This document shows positions 19,552 to 30,134 of a DNA stretch of 64,000 nucleotides, piece after piece. A model generated the notes under the pieces. It made no database searches. It saw only the letters and a list, made by a program, of their open reading frames with translations, and had not been told where the DNA came from. The translations under genes were made by a program, and so were the position numbers. This DNA is from Patescibacteria group bacterium (GTDB taxonomy: Bacteria > Patescibacteriota > WWE3 > UBA101185 > UBA10185), in contig JAFGOI010000008.1 in the NCBI GenBank assembly GCA_016926555.1, positions 12,821 through 76,820 of the forward strand. Direction: 5' to 3'. The first letter of the stretch is position 1. Each line of letters starts with the position of its first letter.

Positions 19552-19986
19552 ATGGAAGATTGCATTTTCTGCAAAATAATAAACGGGAATATTCCATCCT
19601 ATAAAATACACGAAACAGCTGATTTTGTTTCAATACTGGACATTAACCCAAATGTAAAAGGAACAACTCTTGTAATATCTAAGAAACATCACGCATCGAA
19701 TCCCATGGAAATACCCAATGAAATATTGAAAAAAGGCATCATCGCGGCAAAAGAAATATCAAAGATATTAAGCAGTAAACTAAACGTCGAAAGAGTTGGT
19801 ATGGCCATTGACGGGACAGGCGTAAATCACTTTCATATTAAACTTTATCCGTTCCACAAGGGAGAATCTGGCTTAGGTGAAGCACACGAACGGGTATATT
19901 TTGAACATTACCCCGGATATCTAACGACTCAACTCGGTCCGCAGGAAGATTTCTCCGAATTAGAAAAACTTGCGAAAAGCTTTTAG
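19552..19986 (+). CDS. HIT family nucleotide hydrolase
   Basis: DCIFCKII, DINP and HFHIK (the third triad His is replaced by Lys). Confidence 0.88.
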   Translation: MEDCIFCKIINGNIPSYKIHETADFVSILDINPNVKGTTLVISKKHHASNPMEIPNEILKKGIIAAKEISKILSSKLNVERVGMAIDGTGVNHFHIKLYPFHKGESGLGEAHERVYFEHYPGYLTTQLGPQEDFSELEKLAKSF

Positions 19987-20519
19987 TCTTTGATTAGCCT
20001 CTTTTCAATAGCAGCCTGCACCTTGGGATTTCCCCAAACATACAAATAGAACCCAAGAAGAAGCACGCCAGCACTCATAGTTACACCAATAAACTGATTA
20101 AACCCTGTTTCAGGCACTGTACCCGTGCTTTCAGAAGTTTCCGATGTACCTGAACCGCCCAAGTCTGCCGGAAGATTTTGCCCGAGATGGAGAGTAAAAG
20201 AGTAAGAATCATCTCCTTGAGACAATTCAATAGAATAATCTCCCGCGGCCAATGTCAAACTAAGGGACCAATTGCCGCTTCCATCTGCAGTCGTTTCATG
20301 GGAATCACCATCAACTTTGACCTTCACTTCAGTATCGGCTTCTCCCGTACCCGTCAGTGTTGGATTTACTCCCGTATACCACCAATCGGAATACGTTGCG
20401 CCCCCTGTATTAAGCGCGCCTATCTCTGTTAAAGAAAAATCCGCCGCGTAGGTTTTGGCTAAAAGTAATAATATCAATGAAAAGAAAGAAAAAAGAGTTA
20501 GCAGATTTTTCTTTTGCAT
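19983..20519 (-). CDS. Secreted Ig-like domain protein with LPXTG-like (VPETG) sorting signal
   Basis: Signal peptide ending AKTYA; PTLTGTGEA...ADGSGNWS Ig-like pattern; VPETG followed by a TM segment and charged tail. Confidence 0.75.
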   Translation of the reverse strand: MQKKNLLTLFSFFSLILLLLAKTYAADFSLTEIGALNTGGATYSDWWYTGVNPTLTGTGEADTEVKVKVDGDSHETTADGSGNWSLSLTLAAGDYSIELSQGDDSYSFTLHLGQNLPADLGGSGTSETSESTGTVPETGFNQFIGVTMSAGVLLLGFYLYVWGNPKVQAAIEKRLIKD

Positions 20520-20692
20520 ATATCTAGTCTAGCTGATAATAAAAACAGATGTCAAATAAAATGTTTCTCATTTAGTGATTTAATCTGTTAATATATAATC
20601 AGATTAAATAGGCTAAACGCAGGTGGTATATGATATAAAAGAGAATAGTATATGAAGATTCTCAGATAAAGGAGAAAATTTGCTAACTCACT

Positions 20693-21352
20693 ATGTTCTT
20701 CGCAAATGCTAAAGAAGAAAATCAACGAAAGCAGGTCGTAAGTAATCTTGTTACTGAAAGCAAAACCACGGGAGGATATTATTTTCTACTCGGTATTTCA
20801 GCTATTATCGCTTCTCTAGGTTTATTAACCAATAACAGCACAGCTATACTTGGCGCCATGCTTATTACTCCCTTATTAACACCTATATTAGCCCTTGGAT
20901 TAGGTGTAACTACATTAAGTGGAGAAGCAATTTTCAGGTCTTCAATCGGAATAATAAACTCAATCGCTACTATAGTATTTATCTCATTCATAATTGGTCT
21001 GAGTACGAGTTCGGATCACTACAGAACACCTGAGGTTCTATTAAAAGGATCCTACTCAGTTGCTTACTTAGTAATTGCTTTTTTCTCCGGATTGGGCGCC
21101 ACATATGCGTGGATAGAACACAAAATAAGTTCGGCCTTAACAGGAGTTGCGGTTGCGGTATCCTTGCTTCCTCCTCTTTCCGTAACAGGGATATCCATCG
21201 CACAAGCGGATTATATTCTTTTCATAGGCTCGTTAAGGGTTTTCTCCGCAAATTTCGTTGGAATAGTTATGGCATCCACTTTAATGTTCACTATCTTCAA
21301 TTTTACAAAACTCAAAGGTTTTGAGGAACGTAAAATTAAATATGAAGAATAA
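20693..21352 (+). CDS. DUF389/TIGR00341-family membrane protein
   Basis: Motifs GAMLITPLLTPI and GVAVAVSLLPPL. Confidence 0.85.
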   Translation: MFFANAKEENQRKQVVSNLVTESKTTGGYYFLLGISAIIASLGLLTNNSTAILGAMLITPLLTPILALGLGVTTLSGEAIFRSSIGIINSIATIVFISFIIGLSTSSDHYRTPEVLLKGSYSVAYLVIAFFSGLGATYAWIEHKISSALTGVAVAVSLLPPLSVTGISIAQADYILFIGSLRVFSANFVGIVMASTLMFTIFNFTKLKGFEERKIKYEE

Positions 21353-22615
21353 GTGAAAACACCCTATATACTAAATATTAAAAATGGATTAACTCTATGT
21401 ATTATTGAAAATGAGTATTCGGAGTCTGTTACTCTACACCTAAAAGGCCACGCGGGAAGTAATTATGAGGGCAGAGATGAAATAGGAGCAGCTCACTTTA
21501 TAGAACACTATCTATTAAACCTGCCGCAAAATGAAAAGATAACTAGACAAAAGGACGCTATTTTAAAAGGTGGGGGAAAGATAATTGGAGTTACAAGCCG
21601 AGACGATGTTCTCTTTATGGTCAAGGTTCTTAAAGAGTACTTTGATACAGCCCTTCTTTACATACTAACTATCCTGAATAACGATATAACTTATAACGAA
21701 GCCGCCTTTGAGAGCACACGCAATGCAGTTTTGCAGGAGATCGAGGCTAATAATTTAAAATTATCAAGAATACTAAGTAATTCCACATATAGCATAATGT
21801 TTCCAAAACAAAGAATAGGACTGCCTAATACCGGCAAAACGGAACATGCTAAAAAATTGACATTCTCCAGTCTGAAATCTTTTCATGCAGGAAATTACTC
21901 TTACGACAATTTTACACTTGTGATATCCGGAAATATTAAAAAGAAACAAGTTTTAGAATTTCTGAATGGATTTGACTTTCCAACGGGCTCTCAAGAACTA
22001 CAGAATAAAAACACAATTGACTTAAAAAACAGCCATAACTATAAACTAAACACCTTAATCAAACCCGGATTTCTACCCTGCCACATAAAAATAGACTTCC
22101 CAAGCCTCAAATATTCGGATGACAAATCTTACATACTTAACCTCTTAGCACTAATACTTAAACTTAGCTTGAATAGAGCCCTTAAAGAAAACCTACCATA
22201 CATCAACGTAGAATGTTTTAACTACAGCTCGGGTACATTTGGCATATTTTCTGTTTATGCAACATTAGAAGGGAACAATTTGATCTCTTACTTAAACATA
22301 CTAAGAAACGTAATAGATGGTATTAATAGTATTAGCCCAGAATGCCTTTATGACTGTAAGAAAGTATATAAATCCAATTTGCTATTTTCTTTAGAAAAAA
22401 CCTCATCTATAGCGGAATACTATTCAAACTGCATTACTCACGGGAACAAAAATCAGAACCACTCATATGAACTGCGCTATATAGACAAGCTAATTAGAGA
22501 AGAGCTGATCCGCACAACAAACAACCTGTTTAAATACAAACCGAAAGTAACGTTACTGCTAAACAGCCCGATATCTGGAAAAACCGAGAACAAAATAAAA
22601 CAAATTCTAGGATGA
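21353..22615 (+). CDS. M16 family zinc peptidase
   Basis: AGSNYE...GAAHFIEH (HxxEH) and a downstream EIE. Confidence 0.85.
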   Translation: MKTPYILNIKNGLTLCIIENEYSESVTLHLKGHAGSNYEGRDEIGAAHFIEHYLLNLPQNEKITRQKDAILKGGGKIIGVTSRDDVLFMVKVLKEYFDTALLYILTILNNDITYNEAAFESTRNAVLQEIEANNLKLSRILSNSTYSIMFPKQRIGLPNTGKTEHAKKLTFSSLKSFHAGNYSYDNFTLVISGNIKKKQVLEFLNGFDFPTGSQELQNKNTIDLKNSHNYKLNTLIKPGFLPCHIKIDFPSLKYSDDKSYILNLLALILKLSLNRALKENLPYINVECFNYSSGTFGIFSVYATLEGNNLISYLNILRNVIDGINSISPECLYDCKKVYKSNLLFSLEKTSSIAEYYSNCITHGNKNQNHSYELRYIDKLIREELIRTTNNLFKYKPKVTLLLNSPISGKTENKIKQILG

Positions 22616-23524
22616 AAGATATACTTTTGTAATCCTGATAAATTCCAAGACTCTAATTACATTGAATATTACGCTTGTAATCCACATCGGATATTTATCC
22701 ATATAATGTTTTCTATAGAACAATCTCATTGCTTCGGTAGATGCCCTCGCCATTTTTACTTTCGTCTCAATAGGAATCCTTCTAATATTCTTATTTTCCC
22801 CTAATATCTTCTTTGATTGTTTTCTTCCTATTGAAGCACCTTTGTAATGAAGTACCTCAATTTGAGGCAAATAATATATTTTATATCCTTTTTCTTTTAC
22901 TCTATAACAAAAATCTATATCTTCACCAAACACAAAGTAATCCTCATCCCATTTAATACCATCCTCATATATCTTCCCTTTAGTAAACATAAAATGTGAG
23001 ATGCATGCATCAATCTCATGGGGTTTACTTAGGTTTTTCCATCCCTGAAAATACTGATTGAACAATTCTGACTTAAAAAATAATTTATCCAAACTCAGAA
23101 AATGTGTCATCGCCGCCAAAGGTGTTGGGAAACCTCTATGCGCATCCCAATCGATAGAACCATCTCTCAAAACCAATTTGGGAGATAATATTCCTGCACC
23201 ATCTGAAATCTCCATGAAACCAAATAGTTTCTTAATAGCATCTTTTGTAGGAAACGCATCCGTACCCAAATAACAGATGTAATCCGCCTTGGAAATATTT
23301 AAAGCCTTGTTATGTGCAGAAGCCAATCCCTCGTTTTTACTCCTTATAAATCGGATTTTTCCTTTCTGACTATATTCTTCACAAATTTCTCTGGAACCAT
23401 CGCTGGAATCATTGTCAATAACGATAATTTCCATATTCGGCCATATATCAGCCAGATTATCCACACACTTCTTCAGCAATTCTGCCGTATTATAATTAAC
23501 TATCACAAAATCAATCTTTTTCAT
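22607..23524 (-). CDS. GT2 family glycosyltransferase (WbbL-like)
   Basis: Motifs IVNYNT, DNDSSDGS, EDIDFCYR and HYKGAS. Confidence 0.9.
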   Translation of the reverse strand: MKKIDFVIVNYNTAELLKKCVDNLADIWPNMEIIVIDNDSSDGSREICEEYSQKGKIRFIRSKNEGLASAHNKALNISKADYICYLGTDAFPTKDAIKKLFGFMEISDGAGILSPKLVLRDGSIDWDAHRGFPTPLAAMTHFLSLDKLFFKSELFNQYFQGWKNLSKPHEIDACISHFMFTKGKIYEDGIKWDEDYFVFGEDIDFCYRVKEKGYKIYYLPQIEVLHYKGASIGRKQSKKILGENKNIRRIPIETKVKMARASTEAMRLFYRKHYMDKYPMWITSVIFNVIRVLEFIRITKVYLSS

Positions 23525-23536
23525 ATTTTCACTAGT

Positions 23537-25033
23537 CTATTCCCCTGGGCACTTTAATACAAATACGGTTGAGAAATCTTTTGGACCGAATTCTTCCTCT
23601 ACAACCTCGCACCCCGGAAAGTAATTCAACCTTTTTCTATCTGTATCCATTGAGTAAACAACATAGTCCACATCACCATCAAAATCCCTTTTTATATTAC
23701 CCTTAAAATAATAGGAAAATGACTCAATATTATTCGGAACATATACAGTGATATCTCTACCTTTACCATTTAAATATATTGCCGCATTCGCAAAATATTC
23801 GCCGCTATTATCGTAAAATCCGTTTTCAAGAGCTGTTTTCGTGCCTCCTAAAACACCTGAGTAGTACGCGGAATAAACCGGGTGATATTTTTCCACGGCT
23901 ATAAGAAACACCATCATAGACAGAAAAACCGGCAATCCAGGTTTCATAAGGTAATTCGTAAAACATATAGAGATTGTTAGAATTATCGAAGGTAAAAACA
24001 CTATGGAATACCTATCAATTTTCTGGGATGTTATAGTTAGGAACAAGAAGCTCAATAATATATTTGCGAGTACAATCAGAATATTAAAATCTTTTGTCTT
24101 CCTTATTTCCCATAACGAAACTAAAAAAAGCGTTACAGTAACAAAAGAGTATTTATACAAAAAAACGGCGGGGTAATACAAAAAAGATGTTATACCGCTA
24201 TAATCACTTTTTCTTATTTCGCCATTTATCGATCCTGTAATACCGCGGAAAATATTACTAAACACATAGAACGAATCTGTCCACATTGCAGGGAAAAATA
24301 AATAAAAAGTAAGAATTACCAACAATGGAAAAGAAATCAATATTAGCACATTTCTATGCTCCTTAAACTTCAGCAGCAACACTAAAAAAATAGCCGGAAT
24401 TACTATTACGGCACTTATTTTTGTAAGCAGAGCTAACGCCAACAGCACTGCCGACAGATTTAAAGCTCTTTGGTCATAACATTTCGACCAATACATAACA
24501 AACAGCAGAGATGTAAACATCAAATTTATCTCCAGAGAAGTCAGATGAAACCATCTATTAATGCCTATATAGTAAGGCTCTATGGATATGAGCATCACGT
24601 AAATAAGCGCGGTTTTTACTGAAAACAACCTTCCTATCAGCTCATATTGAATTGTCACAAGAGCAAGGAGAGATAATATAACAAACAGACGCGTAATTAG
24701 GTGTATAACTGGATAGAAATCAGCATTTTCAAGTGTTTTGGGTTCCATATTGCGTATTAGCTGGTACCTGAATAAAATTTCTTCCGAGATCGCGCCAATC
24801 CACATTATAGTCACACCTGGGTGATAACTTTGGTATGTCTCTTTGAAATCGCCAGATTTTAACGACTCCAAGAATCCTATAGACCTTCTGTGCCATCTCG
24901 CTGCATCTGAATTCGACATGTCGTATTTCAAGGATGTGGTTCTGGGAAGTAGAAACAACAGCGATATGATGATATATATTTCCTTTCCCCTCAAGAGAAT
25001 AAGTAAGCTTTTAATTTTACTCATTAACACCAT
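23537..25033 (-). CDS. GT-C fold (ArnT/PMT-like) glycosyltransferase
   Basis: Polytopic membrane protein; DAARW...HPGVT, LTK and KIDRY. Confidence 0.8.
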   Translation of the reverse strand: MVLMSKIKSLLILLRGKEIYIIISLLFLLPRTTSLKYDMSNSDAARWHRRSIGFLESLKSGDFKETYQSYHPGVTIMWIGAISEEILFRYQLIRNMEPKTLENADFYPVIHLITRLFVILSLLALVTIQYELIGRLFSVKTALIYVMLISIEPYYIGINRWFHLTSLEINLMFTSLLFVMYWSKCYDQRALNLSAVLLALALLTKISAVIVIPAIFLVLLLKFKEHRNVLILISFPLLVILTFYLFFPAMWTDSFYVFSNIFRGITGSINGEIRKSDYSGITSFLYYPAVFLYKYSFVTVTLFLVSLWEIRKTKDFNILIVLANILLSFLFLTITSQKIDRYSIVFLPSIILTISICFTNYLMKPGLPVFLSMMVFLIAVEKYHPVYSAYYSGVLGGTKTALENGFYDNSGEYFANAAIYLNGKGRDITVYVPNNIESFSYYFKGNIKRDFDGDVDYVVYSMDTDRKRLNYFPGCEVVEEEFGPKDFSTVFVLKCPGE

Positions 25034-25188
25034 ATTATAAAATTAGTTTCCGACCCAATATAATTCACACACCTGAAATTACAAAATCTAAGATATATTG
25101 CTGTCGAAATAATAACTGCAAGAAACGACTGCGTCTTCAAATTTTTAAGATTATATTTTATATTTCTCATTTTTACCCAAATATATAA

Positions 25189-26286
25189 TTATGGATGCCA
25201 AACATGAAAACCGTCTTTCCATTGAACCAAGTAAAAGTAAAAGAACAACCAATACCCGCAAAGCAATGCATAACATGCGACTTTGTTATTAAATTTAAAA
25301 CCGCACATAACCAAAAATGGAATTGCCCAAAGGATGTAAGTTCTATTAAATACCGGCGTAATTACATAGAAAGTAAGGAAAGAAACCGTAGCTAGAATAT
25401 ATTTGTCTATTCCCTTGAGCACAGTACCCAGCACAGACACGAGTATCCAAGGAGCTACTATGGATAAGAAACTATAAACTTTAAATGGAATTATTTGGAA
25501 AAACTCTATATTGTAGTAATAACTAATATAAAACAACAGCGGTCGCCCCTGAATAAATCTGTTTCCATGTATAAAAAAAGTTCCGTTTAACATAGTAACA
25601 AAGTCATTTAAATCAAATAAGAAAGGCAGAAAGAATAATAGCGAAACTAATAAACCTGATAGAAGAAACTTCATTTTATTTTCTGACCTTATTATAAAAA
25701 TAGGAAATAAAATAATCGGGAACGTCTTCACCAATACAGATAACGCATAAAATGTCCCCGAAAGCACACTATCTCTTTCGAGATATATTATTGCCAGTAG
25801 CGCCAATAGAGTAGGTAAAGGATCTATATACGTATATCCAGATCTCAGAAAAGAGTATGGATTAAAAAGCCATAAACAAACCCCCAAAAGTCTCTCAGTA
25901 TATTTTTTATCTTTAAGTAGGCGAAATATCAAAAATGCGACCCCAAAGTCAGCCAAGAGAATCGGTATCTTCCATAAAACTACATATGGAAGCTGAAATA
26001 ATAGACAGAATATATAAATGGAGCCGTATAAATACAATATACCAGGTAAATAAACAAAACCATGATTGCCGGGGTCATCCGGGTTCGAATAGGATTCTAT
26101 TGACCATAAGTAGGGATTTGTTCCTGAAAAAAGATCTGAGATCGCCCTTTCATATGCATATATATCCTTGCTTGTTTGACTAATATACAGAATTCTTTTC
26201 TTAAAAGCTAAAAATAGGAGAACAACATAAATTATAACTTTTATTATGCTGACAGCTTTGTATCTGTTGTTCATTACTTTATTCAA
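25189..26286 (-). CDS. GT87/DUF2029-like GT-C mannosyltransferase
   Basis: Motifs NPY, YLPG, WKIPILLAD and KTFPIIL. Confidence 0.75.
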   Translation of the reverse strand: MNKVMNNRYKAVSIIKVIIYVVLLFLAFKKRILYISQTSKDIYAYERAISDLFSGTNPYLWSIESYSNPDDPGNHGFVYLPGILYLYGSIYIFCLLFQLPYVVLWKIPILLADFGVAFLIFRLLKDKKYTERLLGVCLWLFNPYSFLRSGYTYIDPLPTLLALLAIIYLERDSVLSGTFYALSVLVKTFPIILFPIFIIRSENKMKFLLSGLLVSLLFFLPFLFDLNDFVTMLNGTFFIHGNRFIQGRPLLFYISYYYNIEFFQIIPFKVYSFLSIVAPWILVSVLGTVLKGIDKYILATVSFLTFYVITPVFNRTYILWAIPFLVMCGFKFNNKVACYALLCGYWLFFYFYLVQWKDGFHVWHP

Positions 26287-27766
26287 CTAAGTATATTCTA
26301 CCAAGAGTTTTCCCTCTATCCCTTACTGTTGTTAAATGTTCCTTTCCTCTTATCTGCGAAAACTTGTAATCCTGAACAAATGAAAGCGGATTTTTTATCC
26401 CTATAATAAAATAGCCAGCTTTGCTCTCCTTTTTCTCAATATCCATGTACATGTCCGCTATGCTTCTATGTTCATTTGTTATGTAGGTTAAATCTCTTCC
26501 CAACTTCTTATTTTGATCATTTATATACGAATTTATTTCCATCCAGTTTCTCCTTAATGGAAACCCTATAATATTGTTCGTGAGAGATTTATGATTATAT
26601 TGCTTTGTCTCCAAAAACAAAATTTTCTCACTAACAAAAGGATATTCAAGCCTATTATCAACAATGATCATATATGTTTGATAATACAAAAAGCAGCAGA
26701 TTACTGCCCCTGAGACATATCCAATATATTTACATGTGCCCCTCAACCTATTTTGGATTTCAACAAAAGACGATCCAACTAAAATGGATATCGGATATAA
26801 AAAATTGTAAACATGTGTCCCCGAACTTTTTATAAAAATTACAAAGAACAACAGAACCGCTACCAGCCATAGCAAATAATATTTATGCTTTTTAAACGAG
26901 ACCATACTTAATACTATTGCCGAAACCATTACTAATCTAAATAAAAATGGGTTGTAAAGAGTATATCTAAAATCATACTCATATATCTTCTCAACAACGT
27001 TCAAGCTTAGCCCCACCCTGGATCTGAAATAATCCATTGTATCCGCGTTTTTGCTATACTGAGCAAAATATACTGAAACAATCAAAATCGACATAACTAC
27101 CGGAAGTAGAAAGGCTAGTATTTTATAACTTCTCTTATTGTAAGTACCTCTTAACTGGGTCACACAACAGATAAACAAAAATGGCATAATAAATACCGCA
27201 TCCCAATGAGATAGAAGAGAAAGGAGATAAAACACATTACCCAGCGCCACATTACGCACAAAATTACCAGAGTCGCCCTTAAGTATATCCGAATAGAAAT
27301 ACATGCAAACAGTTGAGAAAAACAGGTTTAAACTTTGATACTGTACTATTCTCCCAAATGCGACCGTGAAACCGTTCACACCAAATATAAATGAACTCAA
27401 GAAAGCGACTTTATCCGACTTAGTAATATTTTTAACTGCTAAATAGAAGAACAAGATTGAGAAAGAATTAAATAGGGCATAGGGAACACGAAAAGTCAAT
27501 TCGGGAAAAACACTCCCATTAACTAAGTACACTAAATATGTGACTAAAAACTGAATAGGCCCTTTCCTCTCACTAAGAAACCTATCCCATCCATAAAAAT
27601 TCCCACTTATCTTCAGCGGCATAAGCAAATATGTTTCGTCGGGAATATATTCGGAGTAACCAAGATTTACAAATCTGAGTGCTCCCATAAATAGAAGCAA
27701 CAGCGCCAGATATTTAGTCTCCTTATTTAGTTTTAGCCTTGTTCCGAGTTTTTTTGTATTAAACAT
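26279..27766 (-). CDS. GT-C fold (ArnT/PMT-like) glycosyltransferase
   Basis: Motifs LGYSEYIPDET, RKGPIQF, RIVQYQS and SHWDA. Confidence 0.8.
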   Translation of the reverse strand: MFNTKKLGTRLKLNKETKYLALLLLFMGALRFVNLGYSEYIPDETYLLMPLKISGNFYGWDRFLSERKGPIQFLVTYLVYLVNGSVFPELTFRVPYALFNSFSILFFYLAVKNITKSDKVAFLSSFIFGVNGFTVAFGRIVQYQSLNLFFSTVCMYFYSDILKGDSGNFVRNVALGNVFYLLSLLSHWDAVFIMPFLFICCVTQLRGTYNKRSYKILAFLLPVVMSILIVSVYFAQYSKNADTMDYFRSRVGLSLNVVEKIYEYDFRYTLYNPFLFRLVMVSAIVLSMVSFKKHKYYLLWLVAVLLFFVIFIKSSGTHVYNFLYPISILVGSSFVEIQNRLRGTCKYIGYVSGAVICCFLYYQTYMIIVDNRLEYPFVSEKILFLETKQYNHKSLTNNIIGFPLRRNWMEINSYINDQNKKLGRDLTYITNEHRSIADMYMDIEKKESKAGYFIIGIKNPLSFVQDYKFSQIRGKEHLTTVRDRGKTLGRIYLVE

Positions 27767-27808
27767 TATTATTGAACCAAATTAATTATATGGGTATCAT
27801 CATATTTA

Positions 27809-28681
27809 GTGAATAAAAACAAATTAGCATCCCTTTTTAATAGAAATAGTTTGTTATACATCTTAACTTTCGCTGTGGTCTTGCTGTCTCTACAAGTATT
27901 TTTCCCTGATGTGTCAAGGACAATCTTTGGCTCCAGTTTAACTTCATATAATTCAGGCGCAAGTTTGAAGTCAGCAAACTTATCGAGCAAATCGGAAACA
28001 AGTAACGCAAATTACGATCACACCAAATCTATATTTTCCATCCTGGTAAATAACACTGATTACACACTGGGGTCACTCAGAAATAAAGTTGAAGAATTAG
28101 AGGGGGAGGTTTTATCCTGGGACAATAATAGAGGAACTATAGATCAAATCGCGGAGTTGCTAATAAGGCTCCCAAAGGATAATTTCGAAACATTTGCCGG
28201 ATTCCTACGAAGTGAATCAATAAGAGTAGTATCAGAGAATATAAAAAATACCTCATACACTGAGAACGCCTACGAAAATCTAGACGAAAAAATAGAAAAG
28301 CTACAATCTACAATTAATACACTGGAAGATATCAAAACAAAGACTGAGGATTCCGTTAAGGTAATGAACGTTCAAAGACAGATTGATACGGTACAAGAGG
28401 ACATTGAAGCATTTAAGGCAAGAAAAGACTTTCTGGATCTGGAATTAAACACGATTTTGGTCCAAGTCAACTTAACTACCGATGAACAGGCTCTGCCATA
28501 TTTACCTTCTGATCCTTGGAGTCCAGAAACCGTATTCAAGAAAGCAGTCCGCAGTTTACTAATATCCGCGCAAAAAATCGGTACGGCGGCAATTTGGCTC
28601 TTTGTATACTCACCGATAATACTAGGTGTTTTGACTATACTAGTAACTTTAAGAAACTTATATCTGAGGTTTAAGAGATAG
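27809..28681 (+). CDS. DUF4349-like protein
   Basis: N-terminal TM segment, IRLP...F, coiled coil and C-terminal TM segment. Confidence 0.7.
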   Translation: MNKNKLASLFNRNSLLYILTFAVVLLSLQVFFPDVSRTIFGSSLTSYNSGASLKSANLSSKSETSNANYDHTKSIFSILVNNTDYTLGSLRNKVEELEGEVLSWDNNRGTIDQIAELLIRLPKDNFETFAGFLRSESIRVVSENIKNTSYTENAYENLDEKIEKLQSTINTLEDIKTKTEDSVKVMNVQRQIDTVQEDIEAFKARKDFLDLELNTILVQVNLTTDEQALPYLPSDPWSPETVFKKAVRSLLISAQKIGTAAIWLFVYSPIILGVLTILVTLRNLYLRFKR

Positions 28682-28682
28682 C

Positions 28683-30134
28683 CTACCAGTGAGTATTCGA
28701 GGAGCCCTTTAATCTATAAACTTCAGCCAAAACTAGGCCACCTTGCGTAAACTCTTTCTCTTTCTCGTAGTAATCCTTGTAAACCTTATTAAAGTTGACA
28801 TCCTTAATAAAGAACTCCTGCGGATTATTCACATGAATATAAAATTGAGGCAAAAAGTTGGATCCAGGAGGAGTGTAGTCTATCCCATTTAAATAATACT
28901 GGGCTATTGTGTCATTATCATTTGTGTAAATACCTCTGACACCTTCTTTTGATTCAAAATATTTTCTTAGCTCTCTCCAAGATCGATTATAGGGAAATCC
29001 ATATAAATATAAATGGTATTTGGTCGATATTTTACTATTCCATGGATACCCTGTATTTATTCTCGGCACATAAATAAATAGAGAGTTTACTAAAGTTACG
29101 GAGATTACGAAAACCGCTAAAACATTTGCCAGTTTGAGACCGACACGATCAGAAATTCCTTCGTATATTTCAACAAATGAGTAGCCACACATAATAGTCA
29201 GGGGAATGACGTATATATAAATATGTGTTCCAGGATTAAGAATAACCAATTCATATATAAGAAGGGCGCTGATAAACCAGAATAACTGAAGTTTCATACA
29301 TTTTTCTTTTATCTTTATAAAAAACAATACAAATGGAACAAGAAATATATAAAACGCTAGTATTGTGCGGTTGTAAACCAAATACGTATACAAGGAGTTA
29401 TTGAGCGAAAAATCTCCACCCGTCATCCTCCGCAATACATAATTAACCGTGTTATCCTCAAAATAGCCGCCGGTATAATAAGGTATATAGAAAACCGATG
29501 CTACAAGTAAAAAGGGTGCAACAAAATATACAAGAATAGGTATAAACTTCAACTTGTTTCTAATTACTAAATAAAATATCGGTATTAGAAAAAATACAGC
29601 ATCATAATGGCAGAGTAGGGAAGCGCTGAAAGATATAGCCGATAATAACAGTAGAACACAATTTTCCTTCTTTTTACACTGATTAACATACTTAACAAAA
29701 AGCAGAATACCCGATAGACCAAATAATATGAGTATGCTCTGGTACTGAATAGTTCGTGAAAACGCTATAAAAAAGCCACTCACCGAAAATAAATATGCAG
29801 CCGCTATTCCCGTTTTCCATCCGTAGAGACTTTTCACAAGAAGATACAAAACAAAAACAGATATCACCCCCGCAATTCCAAAAGGTATCCTAGTCCATAA
29901 TTCATGATAACCTCCAATAATTTTCTCGGTAAACCAAACCACAAGAAACTGCATCGGCCCCTTTCGCTGATCTAACAGAAATTCTTTCGCGGGAATTGTT
30001 TTATCCTGATAAAAAGTTTTTGTCTCATCCCCATAGAAATCCGAATATCCAAGAAACAATAAGCGGAGTAACACAGTAACAACAGCCAGAAAAATCAGCA
30101 ATTCTTTTTCATGTTTCTTGAACGAGAGCTTCAT
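28683..30134 (-). CDS. GT-C fold (ArnT/PMT-like) glycosyltransferase
   Basis: Motifs LGYSDFYGDET, RKGPMQF, RTIQYQS and CHYDA; paralog of 26279-27766. Confidence 0.8.
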   Translation of the reverse strand: MKLSFKKHEKELLIFLAVVTVLLRLLFLGYSDFYGDETKTFYQDKTIPAKEFLLDQRKGPMQFLVVWFTEKIIGGYHELWTRIPFGIAGVISVFVLYLLVKSLYGWKTGIAAAYLFSVSGFFIAFSRTIQYQSILILFGLSGILLFVKYVNQCKKKENCVLLLLSAISFSASLLCHYDAVFFLIPIFYLVIRNKLKFIPILVYFVAPFLLVASVFYIPYYTGGYFEDNTVNYVLRRMTGGDFSLNNSLYTYLVYNRTILAFYIFLVPFVLFFIKIKEKCMKLQLFWFISALLIYELVILNPGTHIYIYVIPLTIMCGYSFVEIYEGISDRVGLKLANVLAVFVISVTLVNSLFIYVPRINTGYPWNSKISTKYHLYLYGFPYNRSWRELRKYFESKEGVRGIYTNDNDTIAQYYLNGIDYTPPGSNFLPQFYIHVNNPQEFFIKDVNFNKVYKDYYEKEKEFTQGGLVLAEVYRLKGSSNTHW

